Shown here piece by piece: positions 1 through 7,560 of a stretch of 58,563 bases of DNA. The first letter of the stretch is position 1; every line of letters starts with the position of its first letter. The position numbers and the translations under genes are program-made. The notes beneath the pieces were generated by a model. It made no database searches, was not told where the DNA came from, and worked only from the letters and a program-made list of their open reading frames with translations. The stretch comes from an uncultured Candidatus Saccharibacteria bacterium (GTDB taxonomy: Bacteria > Patescibacteriota > Saccharimonadia > Saccharimonadales > Saccharimonadaceae). The stretch spans positions 1-58,563 of the forward strand of contig CAUQEK010000001.1 in the NCBI GenBank assembly GCA_963517385.1, given 5' to 3'.

Positions 1-1
1 G

Positions 2-802
2 CCTAAACCTTTGAAAAAATTATCAAATGCGATTTTGAAGGCGCACATGATGAGTTTTTTGAAAAATTCTGAATATGCGACGATGCCAACCGAGATTGCA
101 ATTGGTGATTTGGTGCCAAAAAATCGTAAATATTTTAAAGTACCGGTAGAGGCGCTCTCGAATGGTGTGGATTTGTCACAGTTTAAGCCGGCAAAAGCTA
201 GTTCGGAGATTTTGAAAAAATATCAGCTTGATGACGATAAAGATAAAATTATGTACATCGGACGGGTGGATCCGGAAAAAAGTATTGATGTGGTGGTGAA
301 GGCTTTTGCTTTGCTTTTGGCGGATGAGATTTCGAATACTGAACTGGTGATTGTGGGTGATGGCATCGATGTGGCGAGATTGAAAGAACTTACTGAGGAG
401 CTGGGCATTAGTGAGGAGGTAAAATTCCTCGGTAAAATTATGATGCCGGAACTCGCAAAAGTTTATCGCATGGGTACAATGTTTGCTACGGGCTCTGAGA
501 CTGAGACTCAAGGAATTGTTTTGATTGAGGCGGCGGCAACCGGTTTGCCCCTTGTAGCCGTGAATGCTGGAGCGGTGGGGGAAATTTGTGTGAATGGCTT
601 TAATGGTGAACTTGTGGAGGCTGGCAATGTCGAAGCGTTCAAAGAAGCTATGAAAAAGATTCTTTTGGACAAAAAGTTGCGAGAGAAATATAGTAAGAAT
701 TCCCTGGAGATTTCCAAGAAACATGATTTGAGACATACCTTGAAGCGTTTCGAAGAAATTTATGAGGAAGCGATTCGCTTAAAACGTGCAGAAGCGGAAT
801 AA
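2..802 (+). CDS. Glycosyltransferase family 4 (GT-B, 1,2-diacylglycerol glucosyltransferase-like), 5'-truncated by the window edge
   Basis: SNGVD, IGRVDPEKSID and ETQGIVLIEAAATGLP (E-x7-E) GT4 motifs; the frame is open back to the window start. Confidence 0.9.
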   Translation, partial: PKPLKKLSNAILKAHMMSFLKNSEYATMPTEIAIGDLVPKNRKYFKVPVEALSNGVDLSQFKPAKASSEILKKYQLDDDKDKIMYIGRVDPEKSIDVVVKAFALLLADEISNTELVIVGDGIDVARLKELTEELGISEEVKFLGKIMMPELAKVYRMGTMFATGSETETQGIVLIEAAATGLPLVAVNAGAVGEICVNGFNGELVEAGNVEAFKEAMKKILLDKKLREKYSKNSLEISKKHDLRHTLKRFEEIYEEAIRLKRAEAE

Positions 803-1821
803 TGAGATTGGAGAAAATAATGCAGAAAAAATGGTCTTGGCAGGATTTACCTAAACATTTTACGATTTTAGCCCCGATGGAGGGGGTGACGGATGTGGTT
901 TTTCGTCAAGTGATTAACCGGGCAGGTAGACCAGATGTGTTTTTTACGGAATTTACTAATGTTTCTTCTTTTGCCTCAGAGAAAGGTCGCGATAATGCAC
1001 TTGAACGTCTCGATGTGGTAGAGACTGATTCACCGATTATTGCACAAATCTGGGGAAAAAATCCAGAGCAGTTTGGCTTACTGGCTAGCAAATTGGAGGG
1101 GCTAGGTTTTGATGGATTGGATATTAATATGGGATGTCCGGATCGTCATGTTAATAAGGTGGGTGGCGGAGCGGCGATGATCCGTACGCCGGAATTAGCC
1201 CTTGAATGTATTCGTTCGGCGAAAGCAAACACTAATCTACCGGTTTCGGTGAAGACGCGCCTTGGCTTTACTTACGTTGATGAGTTTCGTGAATGGCTAC
1301 CGAAAATTCTAGCGGAGGATGTGGCGAATTTGACTATTCATTTACGCACGCGCAAGGAGATGTCGAAAGTGCCAGCACATTACGAGTTAATCCCAGAGAT
1401 TTTAGCTATTCGTGATGAAGTCGCACCACAGACTTTGATTACGATTAATGGTGATATTGCGGATATGGCGGACGTGGTCAAATTAAGTGAGGCATATCCG
1501 GGAGTGAATGGCTTTATGATTGGTCGTGGGGTATTCTTCAATCCATATTGTTTTACTGATCGTAAACCAGTGGGGTTGGGTGGAGAAGTTGAAATTCCGG
1601 AGGTTATGGAATTATTCCGTTTTCATCTGGATGTCTTTGATGCGAGATGTCGAGAGTTAGAAGAACGCGGCTCGAGGTATCCATTTGAGCCACTGAAGCG
1701 TATGTTTAAAGTCTACGTGAACTCTTTTGATGGAGCATCTGATCTGCGTGTAAAATTGATGGATTGTAAAAGTACTGCAGAAATTCGAGCGGCATTAGAC
1801 GAATTTTGTGCAAAATTGTAA
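802..1821 (+). CDS. dus: tRNA-dihydrouridine synthase (Dus family)
   Basis: LAPMEGVTD, DINMGCP, SVKTRLG, IHLRT, NGDI and MIGRG motifs; alternative start at 820. Confidence 0.93.
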   Translation: MRLEKIMQKKWSWQDLPKHFTILAPMEGVTDVVFRQVINRAGRPDVFFTEFTNVSSFASEKGRDNALERLDVVETDSPIIAQIWGKNPEQFGLLASKLEGLGFDGLDINMGCPDRHVNKVGGGAAMIRTPELALECIRSAKANTNLPVSVKTRLGFTYVDEFREWLPKILAEDVANLTIHLRTRKEMSKVPAHYELIPEILAIRDEVAPQTLITINGDIADMADVVKLSEAYPGVNGFMIGRGVFFNPYCFTDRKPVGLGGEVEIPEVMELFRFHLDVFDARCRELEERGSRYPFEPLKRMFKVYVNSFDGASDLRVKLMDCKSTAEIRAALDEFCAKL

Positions 1822-1822
1822 C

Positions 1823-1850
1823 AAAAAAGAGGGGGTTAATTCCCCTCTCT
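1823..1850. terminator. Intrinsic terminator between convergent genes
   Basis: AAAAAAGAGGGGG-TTAAT-TCCCCTCTCT hairpin with an A-tract, located between two stop codons. Confidence 0.7.
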
Positions 1851-1855
1851 CTAGA

Positions 1856-2113
1856 TTAGTTAGCCGCAATATGCCAAGTCAAATCTGTAGCATTAAACAT
1901 CAGACGACATTGCTCCTTTCCGACTAAGACGTCGAAGACGTGAATCGCGGTATTGCCGACGAAACGGATGTGGGTGCGGAGTAATTCCGTCACCTCAGAC
2001 TCTTCGTAGCCACGTCGCTTGAACGTCAGCGGCTGGCATGGAGTCATTTGATAGCCGAAAAGGGCCATCACTTCGACACGTTCTAGATTGTTAAGATTAG
2101 TTTGGTTTTGCAT
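1856..2113 (-). CDS. Small conserved hypothetical protein (possibly DUF6504-like beta-rich family)
   Basis: 85 aa; AGGAG SD upstream; P-x-x-F...F-x-V...L-x-F...W pattern. The family assignment is tentative. Confidence 0.7.
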   Translation of the reverse strand: MQNQTNLNNLERVEVMALFGYQMTPCQPLTFKRRGYEESEVTELLRTHIRFVGNTAIHVFDVLVGKEQCRLMFNATDLTWHIAAN

Positions 2114-2356
2114 AAGTAACTCCTAAATTTAAATATAAGAGTCATTTATGTGAGCCTGATTTATTGGCTCCTGGCTAAAAGTATAAATGACGATACTTAA
2201 AGCTAAAACATTTTCTCATTGCCAGTGACCGAAGTATAGCAAGATATTTTAATTTTAGCACAAAAAGTATGTTTTAATGCAAAAGATAAGATTTTGTGTA
2301 GATGAAATTTTGCTCAAAATTTAGGCATAAAAATGGGGAATGCGAGGCATAAAAAT

Positions 2357-2379
2357 GGGAGGCAGAGCCTCCCGAAAAA
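2357..2379. terminator. Hairpin/terminator with duplicated left flank
   Basis: GGGAGGC-AGA-GCCTCCC flanked by A-tracts; AGGCATAAAAATGGG occurs at 2323 and 2345. Confidence 0.5.
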
Positions 2380-2520
2380 GCGTGAAAATTGCAAACCGAT
2401 AGTTGCTGCTGATATTTTGGAAGAAGAATACTAGAGAGTAGTAGTTTTTTCAGGGAGCTAGTATTCGATATCAGCAATTTTTTGGAATTTTAATAATCTA
2501 GTTGCATGTGCTATGTATGA

Positions 2521-2700
2521 TTAATCGTTGTAGAACCCTAGGGTTCTAGCTGAATTTAGCATCACCTCCTTTTCGGAATCCCAAGCTCCCTGAAAATATT
2601 CAGGATGATTTTTGTAATCTTGCGCAAATCTCTGAACATCCCCAGGGTTGCTGGAATCATAGCTATTGCCATAAACATCGTTGGTTATAATAACGCCCAT
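2521..2700 (-). CDS. Small hypothetical protein (59 aa)
   Basis: ATG at 2700 with a GGGGG SD-like tract; consensus TTGACA-17-TAGAAT promoter upstream. Confidence 0.65.
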   Translation of the reverse strand: MGVIITNDVYGNSYDSSNPGDVQRFAQDYKNHPEYFQGAWDSEKEVMLNSARTLGFYND

Positions 2701-2773
2701 ATGGAAACCCCCTTCCATAAACAAGCAATTTTCACGTACACTAACCTAAATCCTAGTTAGATTAGACGGCTTA

Positions 2774-2841
2774 ATTCTACCATAAAAATGCTGATATGTC
2801 AATGTTAAAAAATTGACAAGATTAGAAAAAAATTGTAGAAT
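2774..2841. promoter_or_regulatory. Back-to-back sigma70 promoters
   Basis: Minus strand: TTGACA(2802-2797)-17-TAGAAT(2779-2774). Plus strand: TTGACA(2813-2818)-17-TAGAAT(2836-2841). Confidence 0.8.
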
Positions 2842-2908
2842 ATAAGAACGGATTAAGATTAATTAGTGTGACTTTTTTGATAGTAGTTCTTTAAGAGGAG
2901 GTTTCCGT

Positions 2909-3487
2909 ATGGAAAAAGATTGCGAAAATGAAGTTTATGTTGCTAATGGTGAAATTCGGGTACTAATCATGGCAAGAATATTAGCTTGTTTTGTGATTTT
3001 CGGATTATTGCTTGGTGTGATACCTATGCCAATATCAGTAATTTTAATATTGCTGATGTGGCTTACGAATTTTGGTGTGGGTGGATCAATCGTCTTTGAT
3101 CGCGTTTGCCTAGTTTGTTTGCATGTCGATAAACCACAGAAAATGATAACTATTTTTTCTGAAATGTTACTTAGTGCATTTATTTGGGGATATGCTGTTT
3201 ATTGGCTGAACTTCTGGTTATTGTTAATCTTGTCGATATTTTCGATCTTGACGGTAGCTTGGACAAATCTAGATCACAATATGAAGTATGTGGATTTGTA
3301 TGGTAGAGGAATTAATGTTGCAGTTGAGCTGGCGAATGGGAGATTCATTAACTTGGCTATAGTGCCAATGTTTGTAATTTTCGGTTCAGTCTTCGGTGCG
3401 TCATTTAAGTTGTTATATGTGATGATTATTGCTGTGATACTCTATTATATTCACAATAGGATTTTAATTGAAGTCACTAGATCATAA
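2909..3487 (+). CDS. Hypothetical multi-pass membrane protein
   Basis: 192 aa with several hydrophobic segments; GAGGAGG SD; followed by a terminator. Confidence 0.8.
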   Translation: MEKDCENEVYVANGEIRVLIMARILACFVIFGLLLGVIPMPISVILILLMWLTNFGVGGSIVFDRVCLVCLHVDKPQKMITIFSEMLLSAFIWGYAVYWLNFWLLLILSIFSILTVAWTNLDHNMKYVDLYGRGINVAVELANGRFINLAIVPMFVIFGSVFGASFKLLYVMIIAVILYYIHNRILIEVTRS

Positions 3488-3501
3488 GATATAAATCTCC
3501 T

Positions 3502-3530
3502 GGCACTCCAGAAATGGGGTGCTATTTTTT
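3502..3530 (+). terminator. Intrinsic terminator
   Basis: GGCACTCCA-GAAA-TGGGGTGCT followed by ATTTTTT. Confidence 0.7.
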
Positions 3531-3612
3531 GGATTTTGAAAAAATAGTTTTATTTTACTCTCATTTTTAAAAAAGCTTATGCTAAAATAAAATAAAATCT
3601 GGAGAGAAAAAG

Positions 3613-4182
3613 ATGGGTAGAAGGCATATCAAAAATCGGGTATATCAAAGAACCGAACGAAAAATTTTTAATGCTTTGGCAAGTATATCAAAAGATAAAA
3701 GTTTAGCCGAAATCCAAATACGCGAGCTTGTCAGGGTAGCTAAGATTGCTGAGTCGACATTTTATGATCATTATCGTAATTTGGCAGATTTGATGAATAA
3801 AAATCGTGCTGTTTTCTTGAAACATCTGGAAGATGAAGTAAAAACAAATTTTCAATTAGAGATGAGTATGGAACAATTTTATGAAAAATTGTTCATTTTT
3901 TTATACAAAGAAAATCGTTTGGAATTAATGCAGATGGACTTTCATAAAATGATGAATTTGGCGTTATTTCGAGTGGAATTTAAGATGTTGATTTATCGCT
4001 TTTGGAATCGCTATGATCCGGAGCTAATGGAAGCAATCTACGACCATTTCCTGGCAGATTTAGTGGCAGAATTGTATCGTTGGCGTCGCGAAAAATATCA
4101 CAAAAACTTTATCGTGAAGCACGCGCGAAATTTGGTATATTTGACGAAAAATGCCCCGAGATTTTATGTGAATTTGGCTTAG
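3613..4182 (+). CDS. TetR/AcrR family transcriptional regulator
   Basis: N-terminal HTH: TERKIFNAL...IQIRELVRVAKIAESTFYDHY. Confidence 0.85.
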   Translation: MGRRHIKNRVYQRTERKIFNALASISKDKSLAEIQIRELVRVAKIAESTFYDHYRNLADLMNKNRAVFLKHLEDEVKTNFQLEMSMEQFYEKLFIFLYKENRLELMQMDFHKMMNLALFRVEFKMLIYRFWNRYDPELMEAIYDHFLADLVAELYRWRREKYHKNFIVKHARNLVYLTKNAPRFYVNLA

Positions 4183-4272
4183 AAAAAACGTGAATTTGGC
4201 CTGGAAATATATGAAGCTGAATTATATATACGCGAATCTGGATTAGAAATACGTAAACCTGGCTTGGAAAAT
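4168..4272. repeat. Degenerate ~21-bp tandem repeat, 5 copies
   Basis: GTGAATTTGGCTTAGAAAAAAC / GTGAATTTGGCCTGGAAATAT / ATGAAGCTGAATTATATATAC / GCGAATCTGGATTAGAAATAC / GTAAACCTGGCTTGGAAAAT. Confidence 0.75.
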
Positions 4273-4276
4273 GGAG

Positions 4277-4792
4277 CTATTCGATACTTGTAACCTCACC
4301 ATCTTTGAGATGTAAGAGACGTTGATTTTTAGAGCCTCGGAATTTTAGGGTAAGATCACGCTCGGCAAGGACGAATGGTCCGTCGATTAAGGCGTCGAGG
4401 GTTTTGAAAAATTCCCATTGGTCATTCTGTTTTGCCTTAATTTCTTCATAAGTGTAGCCAGAAAATGACCAAACATTCCAACCAAGTTCTTCTTTGACGA
4501 ATTTGGCGATTTCGATACAGGCTTCGGCTTGAAGTGACGGTTCCCCACCACAGAAAGTAAGGCCGGTTTGCCCCTTGAGGGAGCGGAGTTCTTGTTTGAT
4601 ATCTTCAATATCGACAAGAACCCCACCTTCTTCGTCCCAGGTTTCTTGATTTTGGCAGCCCTCACAGTGGATAAAGCAACCTTGAGTCCAAATCACGGCA
4701 CGTAACCCATAGCCATTAACGATACTATCATGTTCAATCGGGCCGGAAAGACGGATATGGGTTTTATCAGAACCAGGGACGCGGGACGACAT
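4277..4792 (-). CDS. nrdG: Anaerobic ribonucleotide reductase activating protein (radical SAM)
   Basis: DSIVNGYGLR, CxxxCxxC (CFIHCEGC), GGEP and FRGSKNQR motifs; adjacent to nrdD. Confidence 0.96.
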   Translation of the reverse strand: MSSRVPGSDKTHIRLSGPIEHDSIVNGYGLRAVIWTQGCFIHCEGCQNQETWDEEGGVLVDIEDIKQELRSLKGQTGLTFCGGEPSLQAEACIEIAKFVKEELGWNVWSFSGYTYEEIKAKQNDQWEFFKTLDALIDGPFVLAERDLTLKFRGSKNQRLLHLKDGEVTSIE

Positions 4793-7135
4793 TTAGGCCT
4801 TTCCTAGAGAGGACTTAGCGGTATGCTTGGCGTGTTCGCGGGCGGCCTTTTCGGCTTTGGTGTAGGTGCCAGAAACATTGTGTTTGACACGGTCATGTTC
4901 TTCAGCGCGTTTCGCATCATTCCAACGATCAAGCGAGCCTACAAGGTAGCCAGTAATGCGACGGAGACGTTCAAAAGGAATCTCTCCTTCAAGACGACCA
5001 CAAGATGGGCAGCGTTCGCCTGGAATAATTCCAGAAAAACCACAGACTGGGTCGCGATCGACTGGATGGTTAACTGAGCCGTAGCCAATACCGGAATCGT
5101 GCATCTTACGAATGACAGCTTCGAAGGCTTCGATATTTTGTGAAGGGTCGCCATCAAGTTCGACATAAGAAATATGGCCGGCTGGACAGAGTGCGTGATA
5201 TGGCGCTTCAATTTCAATTTTTTCAAAGGCTGAGATTGGGAAGTAAACTGGAACATGGAATGAATTGGTGTAGTAGTCACGATCATTTACGCCCTCAATG
5301 AGACCAAATTCCTTGCGGTCCATCTTGGTGAAGCGTCCGGCGAGACCTTCGGCTGGGGTACCAAAGAGTGTGAAATTGAGGTGATATTTTTGGCTATAAT
5401 CATCACATCGCTTGGTCATATGTTCGATAATTTCGAGACCTTTCTTTCTGGCTTCTTCATCTTCACCGTGATGTTTGCCGAGCATAGCTTTGAGAGTTTC
5501 GGCAACGCCGATAAAGCCAATAGAAAGTGAGCCGTGCTTGATTACATCGCGTAGGGTATCGTCTGGTCCGAGTTTTTCGCTACCAAACCAGTTCCCCTCA
5601 CCCATGAGAAATGGGAAGTTGCGGACGTGTTGATTGGCTTGGAATTCAAAGCGCTCGAGTAGCTGGTCGGCAACTAAATCCATTAATTCGTCGAGTTCTT
5701 TATAGAAGCCTTTCCAGTCTGCTGTTTTACGTTCTTTGAGTGCGATGCCATGTTTAATGCCAAGGCGGACTAGGTTAATAGTGGTAAAAGATAGATTACC
5801 ACGACTGGTTGCGATTCCATTGGATTCTGGGAAGATAGAAGAGAAAACGCGAGTACGACAACCCATGGTAGCAATCTCAGTATTATAGTCGCCTTTCTTG
5901 TAGTACTTGATATTGAATGGAGCATCGATGAAGGTGAAATTCGGGAAGAGACGCTTGGAGGAGACTTCCATACTGCGCTTGAAGAGGTCGTAGTTTGGAT
6001 CTTCTGGATTGTAATTGACGCCCTCTTTTACTTTAAAAACTGAGATTGGGAAGATTGGTGTCTCGCCGCGACCAAGACCTCGTTCAGTAGCTTCGAGAAG
6101 CATCTTGGAAACGAGACGACCTGATTCGGTGGTATCGGTGCCAAAATTAATAGAGGTGAATGGAACTTGGGCGCCAGCACGGGAGTGCATGGTGTTTAGA
6201 TTGTGAATGAAGCCCTCCATGGCTTGGAAGGTCTGGTTTTCAGTATCCTTTTTCGCTTCATCAATGACAATGGCTGGAATCTTGAGAGATTTTAGAGTTT
6301 CTTCGTCACCGTATTTAATATCTTCTGGAATGGTTATATCAACTTTTTTACCGGAGAATTCGTTATATTTTTTAAGATTAGCGCGGAGGGTTTTCTTAAA
6401 AGTTTTGTCGACACCGGGAGCCATAGCGTAATCGAAATTTGGAATAGCCTGGCCGCCGTGTTGCTCATTCTGATTAGCCTGAAGGATGATGGCAGCAAGT
6501 GCAGCATAGGAGCCGATGGAATTTGGTGTACGGAGATGACCATGCCCGGTATTAAAGCCGCCATTAGCGAAGAGTTTTAATGGATCAGTTTGGCAGCAAG
6601 TTAATGTACCGGTGGCATAGAAATCTAGGTCATGAATATGAATGTCACCACGGTCATGAGCGGCACCAAAACGTGGTTCCATGAGAACAGATTTGGCGAA
6701 AAACTTAGCACCTTCGGCACCAAATTGAAGCATTTTACCCATAGCGGAGTTACCGTCGACGTTCGCATTACTACGCTTAATGTCTGAATTTTGTTTGGCA
6801 TCAAGTACGGCAATGGTGCGATAGGCATCCATGAGGCTGGTTTGAGCCATGCGGCGAACCGTGCGCTCATTGCGGTAAGAAATATAAGCTTTGGCGGTTT
6901 TCTTATAACTTGATTCCATGAGAACTTTTTCAACAATATCTTGAATTTGTTCGACGGATGGGGTTTTCTTTTGGTCAAGTTTTTCAAATTCTGAAACAAC
7001 TTTTTCAGCTAGGCGCTTGGCGCGTTCTTCTTTGAATTCTTCAGTGGCAGCACCAGCTTTTTTGATGGCATTGGTGATTTTTTCGATATCAAATGGGACA
7101 ACTTTTCCATCTCGCTTGACAACTTTTTTGAGCAT
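4793..7135 (-). CDS. nrdD: Class III anaerobic ribonucleoside-triphosphate reductase with N-terminal ATP cone
   Basis: VVKRDG ATP cone; IHIHDLD, TCC and MGCRT motifs; C-terminal Zn cysteines; glycyl radical motif RRITGYL. Confidence 0.97.
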   Translation of the reverse strand: MLKKVVKRDGKVVPFDIEKITNAIKKAGAATEEFKEERAKRLAEKVVSEFEKLDQKKTPSVEQIQDIVEKVLMESSYKKTAKAYISYRNERTVRRMAQTSLMDAYRTIAVLDAKQNSDIKRSNANVDGNSAMGKMLQFGAEGAKFFAKSVLMEPRFGAAHDRGDIHIHDLDFYATGTLTCCQTDPLKLFANGGFNTGHGHLRTPNSIGSYAALAAIILQANQNEQHGGQAIPNFDYAMAPGVDKTFKKTLRANLKKYNEFSGKKVDITIPEDIKYGDEETLKSLKIPAIVIDEAKKDTENQTFQAMEGFIHNLNTMHSRAGAQVPFTSINFGTDTTESGRLVSKMLLEATERGLGRGETPIFPISVFKVKEGVNYNPEDPNYDLFKRSMEVSSKRLFPNFTFIDAPFNIKYYKKGDYNTEIATMGCRTRVFSSIFPESNGIATSRGNLSFTTINLVRLGIKHGIALKERKTADWKGFYKELDELMDLVADQLLERFEFQANQHVRNFPFLMGEGNWFGSEKLGPDDTLRDVIKHGSLSIGFIGVAETLKAMLGKHHGEDEEARKKGLEIIEHMTKRCDDYSQKYHLNFTLFGTPAEGLAGRFTKMDRKEFGLIEGVNDRDYYTNSFHVPVYFPISAFEKIEIEAPYHALCPAGHISYVELDGDPSQNIEAFEAVIRKMHDSGIGYGSVNHPVDRDPVCGFSGIIPGERCPSCGRLEGEIPFERLRRITGYLVGSLDRWNDAKRAEEHDRVKHNVSGTYTKAEKAAREHAKHTAKSSLGKA

Positions 7136-7217
7136 AAAAAATAAATCTCCTTATTCTAACAATCTTCTCTTTTAATTATTTTTGTTTGCTTTTTACGCTA
7201 TATATGTTTTGGCAATT

Positions 7218-7270
7218 ACGCTATATATAGTGTCTATGCTTATTCTATAACGCTATATGTAGCGTGTCAA
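7218..7270 (-). promoter_or_regulatory. nrdD promoter with two tandem NrdR boxes
   Basis: ACGCTATATATAGTGT (7218-7233) and ACGCTATATGTAGCGT (7250-7265) match the acaCwAtATaTwGtgt consensus and start 32 bp apart; minus-strand TTGACA(7270-7265)-17-TAGAAT(7247-7242). Confidence 0.85.
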
Positions 7271-7327
7271 CATAAAATTGGTTGTACTATTTAGACATTT
7301 TATGTTATAGATGTATAATATTCAGAG

Positions 7328-7522
7328 ATGAGAAAAAAGTTGAATAATAATAAAGTTATTATGCCGGAAAAGTGCTGGGTGGGTGATTCACAGAAAATCT
7401 GTTACAAGACTCGTGAAGAAGCCGAGGTGGCCGCTATGGTGGCGGCGCATGATTATCACGCGCCGACGTTATCTGTGTATCGTTGTGAATATGGCGACCA
7501 CTATCACTTGTCTTCTCGGTAA
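7328..7522 (+). CDS. Small hypothetical protein, putative metal-binding (C...YRC..GDHYHL)
   Basis: K-x-x-Y-x-T-x-x-EA and YRCxxxxHYHL pattern; TATAAT just upstream; alternative start at 7361. Confidence 0.75.
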   Translation: MRKKLNNNKVIMPEKCWVGDSQKICYKTREEAEVAAMVAAHDYHAPTLSVYRCEYGDHYHLSSR

Positions 7523-7560
7523 TTCTTGACAGAAATTTAAGGTGCTGTATTTTAACACAT

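Noticed and set aside
2274..2477. 67-aa minus-strand ORF
   Set aside because: TTG start without SD, crosses a hairpin and a duplicated segment, and has a non-protein-like composition
4168..4272. CRISPR array
   Set aside because: Contiguous degenerate tandem copies without spacers
4793..7135. Intein or group I intron in nrdD (a common homing target)
   Set aside because: The ORF is continuous, of normal length, and shows no splice-junction or endonuclease motifs
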